Assembly: GCF_006345805.1 (NCBI RefSeq)
Contig: NC_043012.1
Location: forward strand, 23,870,001-23,934,000
DNA from: Octopus sinensis
Lineage: Eukaryota
Direction: 5' to 3'
DNA length: 64,000 nt
Shown here: positions 40,265 through 54,529 of the stretch, piece by piece
Layout: the number at the start of each line of letters is the position of its first letter
Numbering within the stretch: the stretch's first letter is position 1
The notes under the pieces: model-generated
Seen by the model: only the letters and a program-made list of their open reading frames with translations
What the model was told of the DNA's origin: nothing
Databases searched by the model: none
Position numbers and translations under genes: made by a program

Positions 40265-40702
40265 TACATACACAACAAACACACATACATATATATACAC
40301 GCACGTGTAATGACACATACTGCAACAGACCTGTGTCTTGGTAGTTGTTGCTTGGAATGTCGTGGATGCTGTTTAACCACTGCTTAAGATATTAAGAGAT
40401 GGATTTGAAAGAGAAACAAGATGACGACAACAACAACAAAAACAACGCAATGAACAAACAAAAAAATCAGGATATCGTCGAGGGTAACAGCAGCAGCAGC
40501 GGAGAGAGAGACGGATAAAGATGATGATGGTGATGCAGTGTAAGTAAGAAGCACTGGATTGAGAACTGGGTGCAAGAGCCAGTGAAGCATGGAAATCTGT
40601 GAGCAGTGATGCATGAAGAACTATCCAGTACACTGATGTAGCATTGCAATGCATAAATAACAGAGGTTTTCTTTTTTACTCCCACAATTTCCAGTACTAT
40701 GC

Positions 40703-40770
<68 letters not shown>

Positions 40771-40771
40771 G

Positions 40772-40814
<43 letters not shown>

Positions 40815-40826
40815 ATGTGTGTAGTG

Positions 40827-40861
<35 letters not shown>

Positions 40862-41110
40862 ATATACATATACATGTATATATATACATATACACATGTA
40901 TGTATGTGTATATATATATGTGTGTCTGTGTGTGTATATATATATATATATATGTGTGCGTGTGTGTATAAACATGTACATACGCATTACATCCAAATAA
41001 GTATTAAATATTTACTTTTTTGTCAAAGACAAAGTTACAATCTAATACAGAATCTGTATCCATGTGTGTGTGTGTATGTGCATCTATACATGTATACATA
41101 TGTGTGTGTT

Positions 41111-41150
<40 letters not shown>

Positions 41151-41289
41151 GGGGAGAATTCACGAAAAAAACAGAAGATGAAGATAGGTGGTGTAATATA
41201 TATGTATCATCATCATCATCATCTTCATGATCAAATCATGTCTGTTTTCCATGCTGGCATGGGTTTGACACATAAATGTGTATACACAC

Positions 41290-41321
<32 letters not shown>

Positions 41322-41325
<4 letters not shown>

Positions 41326-42295
41326 TCCGTAATAATGAAGGGTGAAATTAATTAATTTGGAAAAATTATCAATTACACCAAGTAGTCTTCGGCATGTAAA
41401 AGCCTCATTCGAGGAAAATTTAAGTAATACTAAGCAATAAGGGTTTAGCAACGAGTTGCCTTACCACATACCGAATTTAGAAATAGCAGTCAAGGGTTAT
41501 AGCTATTTCTTCTACAAAAAAGGGAGATCTCAGTAAAAACAGCATTTGGAAGGCAGACACAAACAGGTAAGAGAGAATGAATTGACTGCAATCTATCATA
41601 CATTTTTTTAGTTATCCACGGACGTACGTTTCGAAATCAAGTTCTAAGGAAAGCATAAGAATTAGATATTAAATATTAAATAATAAATAATTCTATCTTA
41701 CCGAAACTTCTTTTCTCTTCAGCGTAGAATACTATAATCATAAATGATTATATATTGAATTTTGAGATACCAGAAGGCACCAACTCCACTCAGTATCAGA
41801 GCGAGCTAGAATCCGCAACTGGTATCACCGAATTCAATTTGTGAATGAAACGATTGTGTCAACAGCCCCTTCCCACCCGCGTGTAGCCAAAACAAGATGC
41901 TGTGGTCATCTACTGAGATAAAATATGGTTATCCGTAATAATGAAGGGTGAAATTAATTAATTTGGAAAAATTATCAATTACACCAAGTAGTCTTCGGCA
42001 TGTAAAAGCCTCATTCGAGGAAAATTTAAGTAATACTAAGCAATAAGGGTTTAGCAACGAGTTGCCTTACCACATACCGAATTTAGAAATAGCAGTCAAA
42101 GGGTTATAGCTATTTCTTCTACAAAAAGGGAGATCTCAGTAAAAACAGCATTTGGAAGGCAGACACGTCTGCCTTCCAAATGCTGTTTTTACTGAGATCT
42201 CCCTTTTTTGTAGAAGAAATAGCTATAACCCTTTGACTGCTATTTCTAAATTCGGTATGTGGTAAGGCAACTCGTTGCTAAACCCTTATTGCTTA

Positions 42296-42299
<4 letters not shown>
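41322..42299. mobile_element. Penelope-like element: direct terminal repeats plus an inverted tail
   Basis: 41322-41560 is repeated at 41928-42166; 42033-42164 is inverted at 42167-42299; both ends lie in (TA)n. Confidence 0.6.
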
Positions 42300-42336
<37 letters not shown>

Positions 42337-42999
42337 TTCCGTTTTAGTCCCTCTTTGTGGAACCCTGTTAGATGGACTCTATCTGTAAGTCAAAGGTTTA
42401 TCCCTGCCACACTGTGTCACACAGATTCTGTCTGAGAATTAGATTAAGGCATCAGTTGACTGTGGAATACTCAGTCACTTTCACATTAAGTCAATGAACT
42501 TTGTAATTCAGTTGGTTGAACACCTGAACGATTCATTGCCAAAATTAATGGGGATCTATTTGCTACGTTAGAAACACTCAAGCCAGGTCTCCAATCTGAT
42601 TATAGCTTGTTATCTTGACATGCTACCATATTTGATGACATAAAAGGTATCTGGTGCCTTGCCCACCACAGCAGAATTGATATCTTAAACCATTTTGGTT
42701 AATGCCTCCCTCCACCCCAGAGCTGAAGACTTGTTTTGTCTTGCATGTTATTCAATGACACCTGTTGGTGCTGGTGCCATACACTCTGTAAAATGGTTGG
42801 CATTAAGAAGGGACATCCAGCTGTAGAAACCATGTCAATATACACAGCTGGAACCTGGTGCGGCTCTCCAGCCTTGCCAGCTTCTATTAAACCATCCAAC
42901 ACATGCCAGCTTGGGAAACAGATGTTAAATGATGATGAAGATTACACACACACACATGAATATATATATATATATATATATATGACACCCCTGGCACTT

Positions 43000-43225
43000 A
43001 TGCCGCCCCCCCCCTGGCACCTGTGGAGGTGGTACGTAAAAAAATGCATCCACTACACTCGCGGAGTGGTTGGCGTTAGGAAGGGCATCCAGCTGTAGAA
43101 ACTCTGCCAGATCAGACTGGAGCCTGGTGCAGCCCCTGGCTTCCCAGACCCCGGTCGAACCGTCCAACCCGTGCTAGCGCGGAAAACGGACGTTAAACGA
43201 TGATGATGATGATGATGATGATGGT
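43000..43225 (+). mobile_element. RTE LINE 3' tail, young
   Basis: Conserved box ggagtggttggcgttaggaagggcatccagctgtagaaac and (GAT)n. An older copy lies at 42710-42940 and an opposite-strand copy at 45843-46135. Confidence 0.82.
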
Positions 43226-43294
43226 GCCCCAGCATGGCCACAGCTCATGGGCTGAAACTAGAATCAATCAATCATATATATATATATATATATG

Positions 43295-43465
43295 ATTCTC
43301 TCTCTAACCGCTCAGTCAAAGTCGACTCTCGGTCACTCGTTGGATCAGTGTCCTCCAGTCAGTTCTATCCTGGGCCGCTTCTTTCAGATTGGCTATGTCC
43401 ATTCCGGTATCACTCTTGATGGTGTCGGCCTCTTCATCTCTTGCCACTGACCATTCCGAGCATGA
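43295..43465 (-). mobile_element. RTE-BovB-like LINE extreme 3' end
   Basis: ADTIKSDTGMDIANLKEAAQDRTDWRTLIQRVTESRL matches the RTE ORF2 terminus W.D.I...TG...LKEAAQDR..WR..I.RVT.SR. Confidence 0.7.
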
Positions 43466-46400
43466 TGTCACACACACACAAACACATATATATATGTGTG
43501 TGTGTGTATGTGTGTGTGTGTGTGTGTGTATACAAAATATACAATTACGCACGCATAAAAGCATTCACAGTACAACAACAACAGCAATAATAACAAAAGC
43601 CTGTTTGTCCAAGATGTACCAGGTTACCAAAGTCAGTGCACATTAGGAAAATCAGACAGAGAATGATAGCAAAGCACATGAAATAACAATGTCCCTAGGT
43701 GTGAAGAATGTATTTATTCAATTTTCAAGTTGACATGACAATTTGTCAGGGTAAAGAATTCCGTTTCAGACAGAGACAATGGAATACTGAATGAGTAGGT
43801 CTGTAATAAAAAAGAGCACCATACATTGAAGCTAAGGTTTGCTTGTTTAGGGGAGGAGGGAGGTGTCGTTGTTAATATTTTGTGTATTGATTTTAGTTGG
43901 TGGACAGTGGCCAAACTGGAGCATCAAAAAAAAACAATAAACTTGATGGGGTTTAGATGATAATATCAATCTTTGCATAAATTCAGTTTGAGACTGATTT
44001 TGTTGATCTTTCTTTGTAGAACTGCAAAGTAAAGAGATATGGCATAAACGTCGCATGTTTTCAGACTGGAACAAACATTAGCACCTATACAGGCACACAA
44101 ATTTTATCATTCTATAATACACACATGCAACATATACATACAGACACACGTACATACATACATACATACATTCATACATACAGCCACACATTCATACATA
44201 CATTCACACACACACACAAACATACATACATACACACACACTCATAAGTTCAGACATAACTAGGAGGTTAAAAAACTCGCATTGCTGTCATATGATTTCC
44301 GGTTCAGGCTTACTGCATGCCACCTTAAGTAATTGTGTCTTCCACTATAGCCCAAGGCCCTCCAAGGCCTTGCGAGTGGATTTGGTAGATGGATACCATG
44401 TGTGTGAGTGTGTCTATGTTTGTGTGTGTGTATACCCATGTCAAAGCAAACATCACATGATGGTTGTAAATGAGCATCACCGTTATACAAGCAAGATTGT
44501 TTTCAAGTCCAGTTTTTTTTGTGAAAAGAGGTTTATGTATGGAAGTTATTACCCTGATTGGAAACTTAGTGCAGGTTGGTGACAGGGAAGGCATCAGGCC
44601 AAAGAAAATATGCCTCAACAAATTCCATATTGTCTGTACAAGGATGAAAAAGTGGACGTTAAATGATGATGATGAAATCTTGGGTTGATCTAAGGTAAGG
44701 CATTGGTAAAAGAGACTTGCCCAAGGTGACATGCAGCGAGACTGAACACAAAACCACATGATTACTCATGTCAGCATGGCAAAGTGGTTATCAAAAATGA
44801 TGACAATGATATACCTATGGTGTGGAAATATCTAAACCCCCATAGAGTAAAATAAGGGAGTTACTTTGGAGTCAAAAACAGACAATGGAGAGTCGAGAGA
44901 GTGGTGTGTTTAATTGCAGACCAACCTGACCCAAAAGACTCCTGTTAAAATGCTCAACTTAGAAATTTAAATCTTTGCTTAAAATCCCATCAGTACATGA
45001 AAGATAACAGGTAAACACCTGTCATTATTTATATTGAAATTTAGATATTTTTCCAAAACCAAATTCTTAATTCATTCAAAAAATTCAAGCGCAAAGACTC
45101 TTGTTAGAAATATGGTCAGAGTAGCAGAGTCGAGCATTTGGAATGAGTTAAAGATGGTGGAAATAATGCATACAGGTAACTAACGATTAAAAAAATATCA
45201 GTAACATTGTGAGACTAATTAAAGAAGTTTTAGAAAGACTGGAAAGGCAATAATTCTTGATCAAGTTGATTAAAAGTAGAATTTTTATAAGTATTTTTCA
45301 TGTTTTACTTGTTTCAGTCATTGGAATGCAGCCATGATGGGGCACCCACTAGCTTGAGGTTTTATTTAAAGAAAGTGAAGCTAGTATTTGTTTATTTATT
45401 TATCCTGTAAAATCTGACAATTATTTTACCAGTTTCTTTTTGCTGGACTGCTAAGTAGCAGGAACATAAAACAAAACTGGTTGTTTAATACGTGTCGGGG
45501 AACAAATACAGTCACACATATACATGTTTTGTATATATGTGTTGTTTCAGTGTGTGCGTGTGTATATATATATACACACATACATACAACATCATTACCA
45601 TTTAATGTCCATTGTCCATGCCGGCATGCATTGGACAGTCTGACCAAGGCTGCCAAGTTAGAGGTGTTTAAAGCCTCTACTGGACAGATATATCCAAAGG
45701 CACTTCTGGTAATTAGCTTGGTGGGTATATTCCTTGGTAAAAGGCATATGGCAGCAGGTAACCGTAGTTTAATTATATAGGCGAGAAAAAAATGGAGGAC
45801 AGTTCGTTATTTGTCCTTCATTTTCTTCTCACCTATATATATCATCATCATCGTTTAGTGTCCGCTTTCCATGCTGGCATGGGTTGGATGGTGCAACTGG
45901 GATCTAGGAAGCCAGAAGGCTGCACCAGGCCCAATCTGATCTGGCAATGTTTCTACGGCTGGATGCCCTCCCTAACGCCAACCACTCCATGAGTGTAGTG
46001 GGTGCTTTTTATGTGCCAGATGATGCTAACAAATGGCCACAATCAGATGGTGCTTTTTACGTGCCACCAGCGCGGAAACCAGTCGGGGCTGCGCTGGCAA
46101 CGGCCACGTTCGGATGGTTCTCTTATGTGCCACCGATATACATATATGCATACATATTTAGATATGAAGAAAAACCAAATTTTGTATGATAAATATCATT
46201 GACTACTTAATGTACCCAAAACATATCCATTAAGTATATGCGGTTAATAATATATATGTATTTATACACACAGGTGATGAACTACAACACAGTGTCCATC
46301 TACAAAATCTACTTAAAGGACATTGGTCAGCCTAAGGCTTTCCAAGGTGCCATGTAGTGGGACTGAACCCGAAACCATGTGTTTACAAAACAAGCTTCTT

Positions 46401-47499
46401 AACCACACAGCCATGCCTGCACCTATTTTTAAATAGTTTTGTATTTTGTTTAGATTAAATATTAAAACTGCTTTGACTAAGTTTTTCAGATGCTTTCTTC
46501 AACAGGTTTTTATTCTTTGATTCCATTCTGGTGGCTATTGATCTACCATGATCATTTCAAAATCCTTCCAGTTACATCCACACAACGACTAAAAACTAGA
46601 ATTTATTTTCAAATAGTCTTTGACTTTTTTTCGCTTGGATCAAAAGGTAAAACTGCTTTGAGTTAGTGTTTCTGGAGGTTTGGTTTCATTGTTCTTTCCT
46701 CTTTTGCTTTCAATTTTGGTTGTGATCAACAGTGATTACTCCTTTTTAGCACCAACTTTGGTTATCTTCAGTACATCAATAAAATATTGCTTTGTAGCTA
46801 AAGTGATTCTGTTACAAATATTTAGCAACTGGTAGCCACTTTTTTTTTTTGTTTTTACTAGTGCAAAAATTGTGTATTATATTTCACCGAAGTCTGGCAA
46901 ACCATTTGTTCAATTAGACACACCATTCCTTTTTTTATTAATCTTCTTTTACAGAAAGATTCAATGATGTAAAATGGTGCATATTTTGTTCATGACTGTA
47001 CTACACAATGCTTGAATGCTTTATAAATAAAATCACAGATTGTAGAGTGAATCCTAACAAGATTTTCTTGAGACTCAGCATAGTCAAGAGGTGTGAAGTG
47101 GACCTACACACCCTTCAATGCACATCAGTTTCTATAATTTGGTCAAAAAACTTGTATCAATACATGAACACCATTTGATGAATTCTTGAAGGATTGGTGT
47201 GTTTTGAGGGATTATTTGTGTAGCGTAGCATATAAAGAGACCCTTCAATGGGAGGAGGGAGACTGCTGTGGATCAATACAAATCCCTTCACAGAATTTAG
47301 AGGGACTGGTGTGAAGGCATGCAGCAGAGTGGTTAGCACTGTATGAATGTATACCAATCTCTCTTCACACCATCAAATGGCCTACATCAACACACCTATC
47401 TTTCTAAACAGTCAATATCTTCGGGTCTTTACGAACACACACTAATCCCTTTTCAGCCTGTCATGATCCCTAGCTGGAACATAATCTAGTTCCCATGAC

Positions 47500-47700
47500 A
47501 TAGAAGAGATTGAGATTATAAGACATCCCCTGGATGGAACACCAGTCTGTTACAGGGTTAACTTCCCAGCTATTGAGTGGACTGGGGCAATGTGAAATTG
47601 AGTTCTTTGCTCAACAACACAATGCACTACTCAGCCAGGGAATTGAAACCACAATCTTACAATCAGGAATGCAATACCCTAACGAGTAGGTCATACACAT
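47500..47700 (-). mobile_element. Third SINE family with a CORE-like domain (old)
   Basis: tRNA-like head (ggtttcaattcc) and tgtgttgttgagcaaagaactcaatttcacattgccccagtcc; a related + copy lies at 55838-55955. Confidence 0.5.
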
Positions 47701-50525
47701 TCACACCAATTCTTCTAATTTGTGTTGAATGGTTAGTACTTAGGCACACCAATTCTTCTATACCATCGAATGGTCTTAATAGACACACAGCAATCTTTCA
47801 ACCCACCAGCAGTTGACCCTTCAAAACCACACCAAATCCTTTAACAGTCCATCGAATGGTCAGTCACCTCAACAGTTAGCTTCCAACCCTCAGTCATTTA
47901 TTGATACTCAACAAATGTACCTTTATTATTATTATTATTATTTGCAGCACAAAAAACTCACTAATTTCCTCAGGTTTTGGTTTTTAGAAAGAGTGCATAG
48001 TCTAATTAGTTCACATGGTGAAGGAACTGCCCAGCTGTTCTAATTTACTAAACTATGTGCTTAACAGGTGTTCTTCTTTGCTTTATTTCTTGAACAAAAC
48101 CATTGATGTCTCCAGACAGATTCTTTCTCAATTCCCCAGACATCTAAAAGGATATTTGGGAGATTTAAAAGTATTAGTGAGGTTACACAGTGCAGAGTGG
48201 TATGTTATTATTATATCTTAGGTTTATTATATCTTAGAATATTTGTCTGGTTCGTTATACAAAGAGACCCAAACACTTCAATTGTTTAACTCCTTTGCTC
48301 TTTGTTTTACTATACGGATGCTGGAGCGGAATATTCACATCCGTGCAATTACATCTGCAGCAGTGAATAAGTGGGGATTTGTTGAGGCCCGAGTCAGCCA
48401 TGATTGTGCAGATCCATGATTAAAGGTATTCTAACCCAGACAATCTCAACACCTTTTTTTTATGCTACATTTTCCACTATACAAGTAGTATGATTCAGAC
48501 CAAAATTTCCAGTCCCCAAACAGGTAGGTCATCTTAAATGCCAAGACAACTTCAGAGGATCTAAAATTCCTTGTGAAAAGCAGCAAGATTTGGAAAGACA
48601 GTGGAAGATGCTTGGATGTTTACACTACATGTATACACTATATACATCAATTTTATGCTACCCTATACTTAATACCTTTAATACCAACCCACCTGAGTCC
48701 ATTTCTGTTTACAAATATCCTTTTTATTGAGTTCATATTTCAATTTAAACTTTCCATCAAAATTTTGTGAAAGAACCTTTTTGTTAAATTACTTTCCAGA
48801 CAACAGTTTAGCAATGACAAAGTTAATTTATAAAATCCCTCGAAATTCTTGGTTATTTTGAAAATTAAATTAAATAAATAGACATTAAATTTCATTGGGA
48901 ATATGGTGTTGAAATGGTTAAAATAACACAATGTAATAAGAGGGAGACTTTCTACCTAATTCTTCTCTGTCAAATTAATTGATCAAGTGTGTAAAGTCTT
49001 CTTCATTGGCTGGTATGGCAATTTGATGAGTTACAGATCAAATTCCAATGATTGCTCTTTTTGATGTGAGTATGATACAGGAGAAAGTATTATTCATCTC
49101 TGAAATACTCCGGTATTTGACTTGTACAGACTTTAATCAATCTTGAGTTGATTAAAAGAGCACTTACTTCAAATAACGCCATTCTTTGAAACAATCTGCC
49201 TTAGGGAATTCTCTTCCTTCTTGCTTCCCAAATAAATAAGATTGTCATCAACATTATCATTTCATGTCCATTTTCCCATGCTTGCAAAGGGTCAGAGGGA
49301 ATTTGCTGAAGCAGATTTTCTAAAGAAGGCAAAAATTCCACTCCCAACCAAACATGATTTTCATGGAAAACTAGAAAAGAACCACGCTTCTACAACAGTG
49401 ACCCTCATTTACATCCCAGAGAAGTAAGGTCCTAATTCTTTTAAATCTCACACTGATTGTCTTATGATTATTAAGACAGGTTCTCATTACACATTTTTAT
49501 TCTTTAACTTTTTGATGGGAGAAAGAATTCTTTCCCTTTCTTTTCTAACTACTAATATGCTAAGCAGTTTTTTTGGTATCTTGCTGCCTTGTTGGGAGGG
49601 ATTGGCAAAGAAAAAATATTTTTTGAAAGTATAAAAGGAGAATACATTTTGTTTGATGCTCTACCGATTCTTATAATCCATCTGCCAAATAATGATCAGC
49701 TCTGGTTGTCACTCACAACAGAGCACCAGCATGCTTCATGCTTAGTGCAAATGCTGTTTCAGAACCCCAGCACACAGACATTGCTTGTAAACCTTCCCCA
49801 CTTCCCTTGAACCAGGGGAACAATCAGGATGTGACAAAAGAAAGGAGCTGGGGAAAGAGAGGATGGGTGGGCACCAAAACATGACTGATACTTCAGTTAT
49901 CAACCCTCAACACATACCTGAACATTTGTTATCTTTTACTTGTTTCAATCATTAGACTGTGGCCATGCTGGAGCACTGCCTTGCAGAATTTTAGTCAACA
50001 AATAAACCTCAGTACTTATTATTCTTTAAAGCCTGCTACTTATTCTGTCAGTTTCTTTTGTCAAACCACTAAATTATGGAGACGTAAAGAAACCAACACT
50101 GGTTGTCAAGTAGTGGGGGAGGGAACAAACAAACACACATCTATAATTGGACTACTTTTAGATTTGATCAACCAAATCCAATCCGAAGGCTTTGGCAAGC
50201 TCATAGATATAGCAGAGGACTCTCATCAAAGGTGTCATGCAGTGAGACCGAACACACAGCCATTCCTGCTCCTGTAATAATATATAAGTATACAAATATG
50301 TGCACATTAGCCACAGAGATATGCATTCATAGGCAATCACACAGATGCACACAGTTATACACAAGAGTACAACTGTGTTGTTAAGAAGATTGCTTTGCAA
50401 CCATGTGATTCCAGGTTCAATCCACAGTATGGGACTTTGGCCAAGGGTCTTCTACTACAGCCCCAGACTGACCAATCCAAGTAGATGGAAACTGCAAGAA
50501 GCCCATCGTATACATACATATACTT

Positions 50526-51380
50526 ACGGGTTGTTCAGGTTAAATTTGACAATTTCTTTACATGTCTCTTTTTTTCAGGTACTGTTTGATATATTGGTGA
50601 ATGGTCAACAGCGTTGGAGAGCATAAATATTAATGTTGTAGTTGAGAAAAAGTTAGCTGACATGAAGGACTGGAAGCCATCTGAATATTGGAGAGGAGTT
50701 TACTCGTATCATGATGATTCGCACCGGGTTTCAGAATGCCGACATCATGACTGCTTCACTATCTCAATGCTTTGTGAACACTGTAAAGGCCGCAAGACAT
50801 GACATGGACAGCTGCAATGGAGAATGTGGAGCTGTGGCCAGCAGGAAGGGACACAGCAGGCATTCTGATTGCATCTACATGCCAGAAGTCTTCCCCACAT
50901 TTTTGAACAGGGCCTTAAACTCAATTCAAACAGTTATGTGAGAATGCTGAAGAGTGTGATCAATCCATGGCAGGAGAAGGTTCTGGCTGGAAGGCCATAT
51001 GTGTGTGGGGCAGCAGGATTCAGCTCCTTGCCATATCCCCAGAAAGACTTACAAGTGGTTCTTGGAAGATTTCTCTAACTTGACCAATCCCCAATTTCTG
51101 GCCTCTTAATTCAATCAATTGTAATCTCATGGTTGAGTTGTTGGCCAAGATCAATGGGGTGCTTGAAAATCTTCCCAGTGACATAGTGAGGAATTCCTGC
51201 ACCAGGTTTTGGAGCCAATCTGAGGCTGTAATGGAAGCCGAGGGTGGCTACTTCAAGGAAACTTATCTCTCAGCCGTAATCTAGTTTTGATATTTTTTGA
51301 GTTTTTAAAAAAAATACTTTTATTTTGGGATGGGATATTGTTTCTTTTCCTTTTATGCAAACTGTCAAATTTAACATCTG
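50526..51380 (+). mobile_element. Degenerate Tc1/mariner-superfamily (maT-like) transposon
   Basis: Frame-shifted HIFEQGLKLNSNSYVRML..GRPYV..QQDSAPCH..FWPLNS..EAEGGYF; the TIR core gttaaatttgaca is inverted at about 50536 and 51362. Confidence 0.7.
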
Positions 51381-51381
51381 T

Positions 51382-52525
51382 CTAACGTCTGTTTTCCATG
51401 CTGGCATGGGTTGGACACTTTGACTGAGGTCTGGAGAGCCAGCAGCTGCACCAGGCTCCAATCTGATCTGGCAATGTTTCTTATTTCTTTACTGCCCACA
51501 CGGAACTACGCTCAGAGGGGGCAAACAAGGACAGACAAATGGATTAAGTCGATTATATCAACTCCAGTGCGTAACTGGTACTTAATTAATCGACCCTGAG
51601 AGGAGGAAAGGCAAAGTCAACCTCAGCGGAATTTGAACTCAGAACGTAGCGGCAGACGAAATACCTCTAAACATTTCGCCCGGCTTGCTAACGTTTCTCC
51701 CAGCTCACTGCTGTTTCTACAGTTGGATGCCCATCCTAACACTAACCACTCCAAGAATGCAGTGGGTACTTTTTATGTGGCACTGGCACAGGAGCCAGTC
51801 AGGCGGGCCTGGCATCAATCACGTTCGGATAGTGCTTTTCACATGGCACTGGCACAAGAGCCAGTCAGAGGATACTGGCATTGGCCAAGTTCGGATGGTG
51901 CTTTTTACAAGCCACCAGCATGAGAGCCAGTCAGGGAGTCCTGGCATTGATCACAATTGGATAGTGCTTTTTATGTGCCACTGGCACAGGAACCAGTCAG
52001 GCAAACCTGGCATCAACCACATTCAGATGGTGTTTTTTACGTTCCACCAACACAGGAGCCAGTAAGGGGGCACTGGCCAAAATTGCGATTTTGGTTTTAC
52101 TTAACTCAGCAGGTCTTCTCAAGTATGTCATATTATATCACCCGATGCATCAAGGGTACTCTTAAATGGGCCAGGCATGCAATACTGGCATTGGCCATGG
52201 CTACAATCTCACTTTAGTTAATCACAGCATATCTCTAAAGGTCCCGGTCTCCTGTCATTGCCTCTGTGAGGCCCAATATTTGAAGGTCATGCTTCCCCGC
52301 CTCATCCCATGTCTTCCTGGGTCTACCTCTTCCACAGGTTCCTTCCACAGTTAGAGAGTGGCACTTTCTCATCAGCAAAGAGAAGCTTCCAGGGGCAGCC
52401 TGTCTTGAATTCCTCTGTTATTGCCCGGAGGACTATTATGAATAAGAGGGGGATGACTACTGATCCTTGAAGAATGCCTACTTCTACCTGGAATTCTTCA
52501 CTATACTTGTTGCCAACCCTCACTT
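51382..52525 (-). mobile_element. Internally deleted RTE LINE (RT fragment plus 3' UTR) interrupted by a SINE
   Basis: 52323-52525 encodes SKVRVGNKYSEEFQVEVGILQGSV..ITEEFKTGCPWKLLFAD; 3' UTR modules run to 51382. Confidence 0.8.
51482..51711 (-). mobile_element. SINE family B inserted into the RTE 3' UTR
   Basis: Target duplication tgtttct at 51475-51481 and 51712-51718. Confidence 0.85.
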
Positions 52526-53389
52526 TACTGACAGCATCCAATGCTATATATATATATATATATATCCATGTGTATACCTTTGTCTACCTACCAGCTACTG
52601 CTTGGTTTGTTTACATCCCTTTAACTTAGCAGTTTGGCAAAACAATAGAAAAAAAGTACCACATTTAAAGTTAAGTCCTGAGGTTGATTTGTTCATCTAA
52701 ACCCTTGAAGGTAGTGCCCAAGCATGGCCAGAGTCCAATGACTGAAACAAGCAAAAGAACATAAAAGCACAGGTACGCATTCACATGAAAGTACAGATTT
52801 GCATTTCTCTTTTTGTAAACAGGTGTGTGTGTGTGTGTGGAGAGAAGAATGTGTACACACACACACACACACATCATGTGACAGAGATTTGTCAGAATTT
52901 TTACATATAAAATATGTCAAAATCCTGTTTCCTTCATTGGTCTTTTTCCCTCTTACTCTCATACAGACGCATACATGCAATGAAACACACACACACACGC
53001 TCCATATATCCCTCCATCCGTGAAGACACAGGTACACAAGTCTTCATGTTCCTCAGGTATAACATATATATATAACATACCTGAACAAGACACACACACA
53101 TACACACACACACTGGTGCACAGACCAGAGTAACCAGCTTTGCACATATTACTAAACCAACCTATCAATGACTCACCACCAGCATTAACACCTGTCACAA
53201 GTCTGTGAGTCACAAACAGAACCTAACTTCACTTCCTTCCTTCCTCTCCTCTCCTCCTCTTCTTCTTCTTCTTCCATTGCTTTCCAAACCATTCACTCGC
53301 CTCCCTCCCACCCTCCCTCGCTCCTCCTTCCTTCTCACCTCACTTTTTCAGTCACTGACCATTGTTATTAAGTAGTTTTACTCTGCTGT

Positions 53390-54060
53390 TGTTGTTGTTG
53401 TTGTTGTTCTTAATGATGGCCACAATACATTACTAACTTGATGATGATGATGATGATGAAAATGATAGGGCTGCTGTTGCTGCTGCTGTTGTCAATGATG
53501 ACCACAATATGCTATTAACACTGGCCATGGTGATGATGATGATGATTATGATGATGGTGGTGATGATGATAGTGTTGTTGTTGTTGTAAATGATGACTGC
53601 ATTAAATTCCTGGCAATGATGATGATGCTGATGCTGCTGCTGCTGATGATGATGATGCTGATGATGATGATAACAACGAAAGTGATGGTATTGCTGCAAC
53701 TGTGCTTCTTAATGACCATAATGCATCGCTAATGATGATGATAATGATGATGATGATGATGATGGTGAGGAGGAGGAGGAGAGAAAGAGGAGGTTAGTGG
53801 CATCAACGATGTTGCTGCTGCTGCTGTTGTTGTTGTTGTTAATGATGATGACTACCACATGCTATTGCTAGAGAAGGTAATGATGATGATGACGATGACG
53901 ATGATGATGATGATGATGAAGTGGAGGAGAAAGCAGAAGAGGAAGCGGCAGTTAAAAATGTTGCTGTTGTCAATGTTGTCCACAAACAACAATGACAATG
54001 CAGATGATGATGATGATGATGACGATGATGATGATGTCAGTGATATGGTTATTTTTTTAG
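53390..54060. repeat. Mosaic of GAT/GTT/GCT/GAG trinucleotide runs with a degenerate recurring module
   Basis: A module like gttgt(c/t)aatgatgaccacaatatgctatt recurs about 6 times between triplet runs. Confidence 0.8.
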
Positions 54061-54529
54061 TGCTGGGTGATTTCAGCTATGATTAAAGGCATTCCAGTCA
54101 TGACCATCCTGTCTATATTTGGGCTAAGGTATACAAAACTATGTCAGTCACTGTATCCATTCTATTTCCTTTCTTTAAAACGAAAAATGGTCCACATGGT
54201 TCGAGGAGGGAGATTTGCCTGCTTTTTCTAGAAGGTCAACATTTAGCTGCTATAAACTGTTGATTGAAATTTGGTTGCCATTTCTAGTAGACCAAGGAGA
54301 GAATGATTCAAAGAGGGGGGATTTGGCTACTACTTTTAGGAGTTAAATTTGGTTAGGTTGATGTTGCTACTATTGATGACGATGATGGTGATGATGATGG
54401 TGGTGTGAATGATGAGGATGATGATGACGATGGTGAGGATGATGATAATGATGGCAATGATAACCACAGGTGATAATGGAGACAATGACGGAGGTGATTG
54501 TGAAGCCCACAAAACAACAGCAATGATGA

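Noticed and set aside
46450-47400. Long non-repetitive Cys/His-containing stretch, possibly an old transposase
   Set aside because: All frames are riddled with stops and no diagnostic motif is present.
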